A DNA stretch of 64,000 nucleotides, taken from Lepidodermella squamata (lineage: Eukaryota; Animalia; Gastrotricha). Position 1 is the stretch's first letter, and the number at the start of each line of letters is the position of its first letter. Below, in pieces: positions 61,616 through 64,000 of the stretch. The stretch lies in contig JBLDXI010000045.1 of NCBI GenBank assembly GCA_047495785.1, positions 62,001 to 126,000 on the forward strand, in the 5' to 3' direction. The notes under the pieces were generated by a model, which was not told the origin of the DNA, made no database searches, and saw only the letters and a list, made by a program, of their open reading frames with translations. Both the position numbers and the translations under genes were made by a program.

Positions 61616-64000
61616 AATATTCTCGTAATTGACGGCCGTTATCGAGCTAATTACTATCGCCAGGTAGCAGCGAACGTTTGGTTATATATTGAAAAATATT
61701 CTCGTTTTTTTTTATGAAATGCACCGGATGCGATGATGCGACGCAATTTTTGTCGCCGATTAATATATTTGACACAAAATGGGCAGAAATCGATAGGCGA
61801 TGAGAGAACAGGGTGAGAAAAAAATGGTCACACTCGGCGGTTAACCAGGCGGAATGACGACCTTGTTGGCGGTGTTGCGGACGAAGCCATGACAAATCGG
61901 TGTGAAGCGGACAAATATCACTCGGGATAACGATAAAACGGTTGCCGTTAAAAAACAGACAAATAAGGATGTCGCAATATTCTTCCTCTCTGTCCAATCT
62001 GAAATTCCAGGTGACTGCGCACCGGGAAAAGCGGCGATTTATCAGACAAAAATATCCCGCTCGCAATTAAATTAAGTTTTCTGAAACGAATCGTCTGATA
62101 TTAGTAAAGCGACAGACCTATAGAACAAAAATACTCTTTTTTAGGCAATTTTTAGATATTATCGCAGTCACTTAATTAAGCACTGACTCGCGATAAGAAA
62201 ATCACATTAAAACATTGACATTTCATGTCTTAAAAATTTAATTATCTTTACATGTCACCGTTGGCCAGTCGAACACACAATTAATTAAATGCAAAATGTT
62301 CACAGGTTAAGTGTACGAATAGCGTACCTACCGGTGTTTTTTTTGTATAAAGAGGACATCAAAAACATGCAAAAAGCGGACAGGTGCGAAGTACGTGCGT
62401 CTGAGCTTTCTACGCCAAATCATTTGGTGTTCGAGGCGTGACCATTTCAATAGACATCTGTCGAAAAGTCCGGCGTTTTTAAAGGGCAGACAGTTATTAT
62501 TTTTGTCAATGACGCGACACAAAAAATCACCGCGATTTGAAAGAAAGAGTGGTGTCGGCTGTAATCGCCCCGGGGTCAAATTATTTGCAAAAGATTAAGA
62601 TGGCATATAGGGCTACACAAAAAAATGCGAAATTTTGCCATGCATGTGGCGAGATGCGGGGCGACTCACGAGATAAAATGCGCCGTCCTATTCGGCGCCG
62701 ATGAGAGATGGATGGACGGTAATCAGCGGAAGACGGCCCAATGGATATTTATCGCATTATGACATGTGAAATGCGGGCGTTGTGACGCGCGTGCGCATAT
62801 ATGGTTTTTTTTCGGGGAAATATTGATGATGCCAGTAAATTACATTTTTTTCGCGGCGCCAGCACGCGCTATCTCTTTTTGCGCTAAAAATATTCGCCGC
62901 GTCGGCCAGACCAAAGCCACGGCTCATTAGCTAGGCATTATTCGCGGGGCAATGTTAGCCGAAAATAGCGATATGAGAGTCCCTAGTAAAGGACAGCCAA
63001 TTTTTTTCCAGAATCCTTAATGCTATCCAAGAGAGTCTCAGTAAGCGTAAAAAAATTAAAAAAATAAAATTATCGTATAATTTTAATTTTAACTGTTACT
63101 CCTACGTTGGCGAGTTGCTCTGAGATTTTGTCCGCTTCTCGCAAATCTCCCATCAAACGCGTCGCTCTCCCCAATCACACTTCTGACTTCCTGCTCACGC
63201 GATAAGACGGCGACCTCTCTAATAGTGTACAAAAAAATAGCTCACGGTCGCCAGACGCCGATGTAGTGGATATTCGTATATGCTTGGACTTGGATAAATC
63301 GGAGGACTTTTTAACAATAAAAACTATGGCGCGAATTACGTATATTACCACTGGCCTGGGTAAAGTTTCTTATAAATAATAATTGCCAACACTTTGATAT
63401 AATAATATACAGAAAAATGTGGGACCAACGGCGCGCTCATATCGGCGCCGCCATCACACAAAAAACGAATGAGGAGAGGCCATTAGATGCAATAAAAGCC
63501 GAAAAAAAGCGAACCAACGTTCGATAAAAAATTCCTATACTTTCGCATGCTACTACTTGTCGCAGCGCGCGTGCCGACGAAAAATTACACGCCTGTGTAT
63601 GTTTCGTATATATATATATAGTATATTAATATAGGGCTGGGCATATTTGCACGGCGAGCGGGAAGAGCGTGCGGCCGCTGGGGGGCGTTGGTGGCGGCAC
63701 GGCGGAACCGCTGCGTCGTCCGGCCGGCGCCTATTCTGGTCGTACTTTATTGACCCGGCCTGCAGTTTTTTTCTGTATATTGCGCATAAGTATATCGCGT
63801 GTTTTCGCATGACGGCCGTCTGACGCGCGCGCGCGATGCCAGACGGGCAGGCGAGCGCGCAAAAAAATTGCACACAGCGACCGGAGCATACTTAGTTTTT
63901 TGTCGACGGCGGCGCCATGGGCTTCGCTGGCCGGCTCAATTTTTATATTTTATATATATATATACGATTTTTTTCGCTTTCGGACTCAGGAAATGAATAC

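Overview
Eukaryotic (metazoan) genomic DNA from a compact-genome invertebrate. Many GT-AG introns are about 50-60 nt, CpG is not visibly depleted, and WDR92/DNAAF10 suggests motile cilia. No prokaryotic features, rRNA or CRISPR were seen. Gene order: two tandem NPC2/ML-domain genes (+); an orphan single-pass membrane gene (+); BAZ1A/Acf1 (-); PPP1R37 (+); UGP2 (+); a truncated VPS54 paralogue followed by full VPS54 (+); plastin (-); four tandem two-exon genes for secreted 8-Cys inhibitor-cystine-knot-type peptides (-), mostly missed by the ORF track; MPP5/PALS1/stardust with upstream PDZ exons (-); WDR92 (+); and a long BCL11 gene (-). Several MITE-like inverted-repeat elements lie in intergenic and intronic DNA. 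The most notable item is the knottin cluster (about 31.2-36.6 kb): conserved TATA box, signal peptide, intron and 3' UTR, one strongly divergent member, and a Tc2/pogo-type MITE in two promoters. Also notable are the truncated VPS54 copy, whose 131-codon core differs from the parent only by synonymous changes, and a BCL11 whose NuRD motif is split by a 5-residue insertion and which lacks ZnF2-3. All exon boundaries were read by hand and need RNA-seq confirmation.
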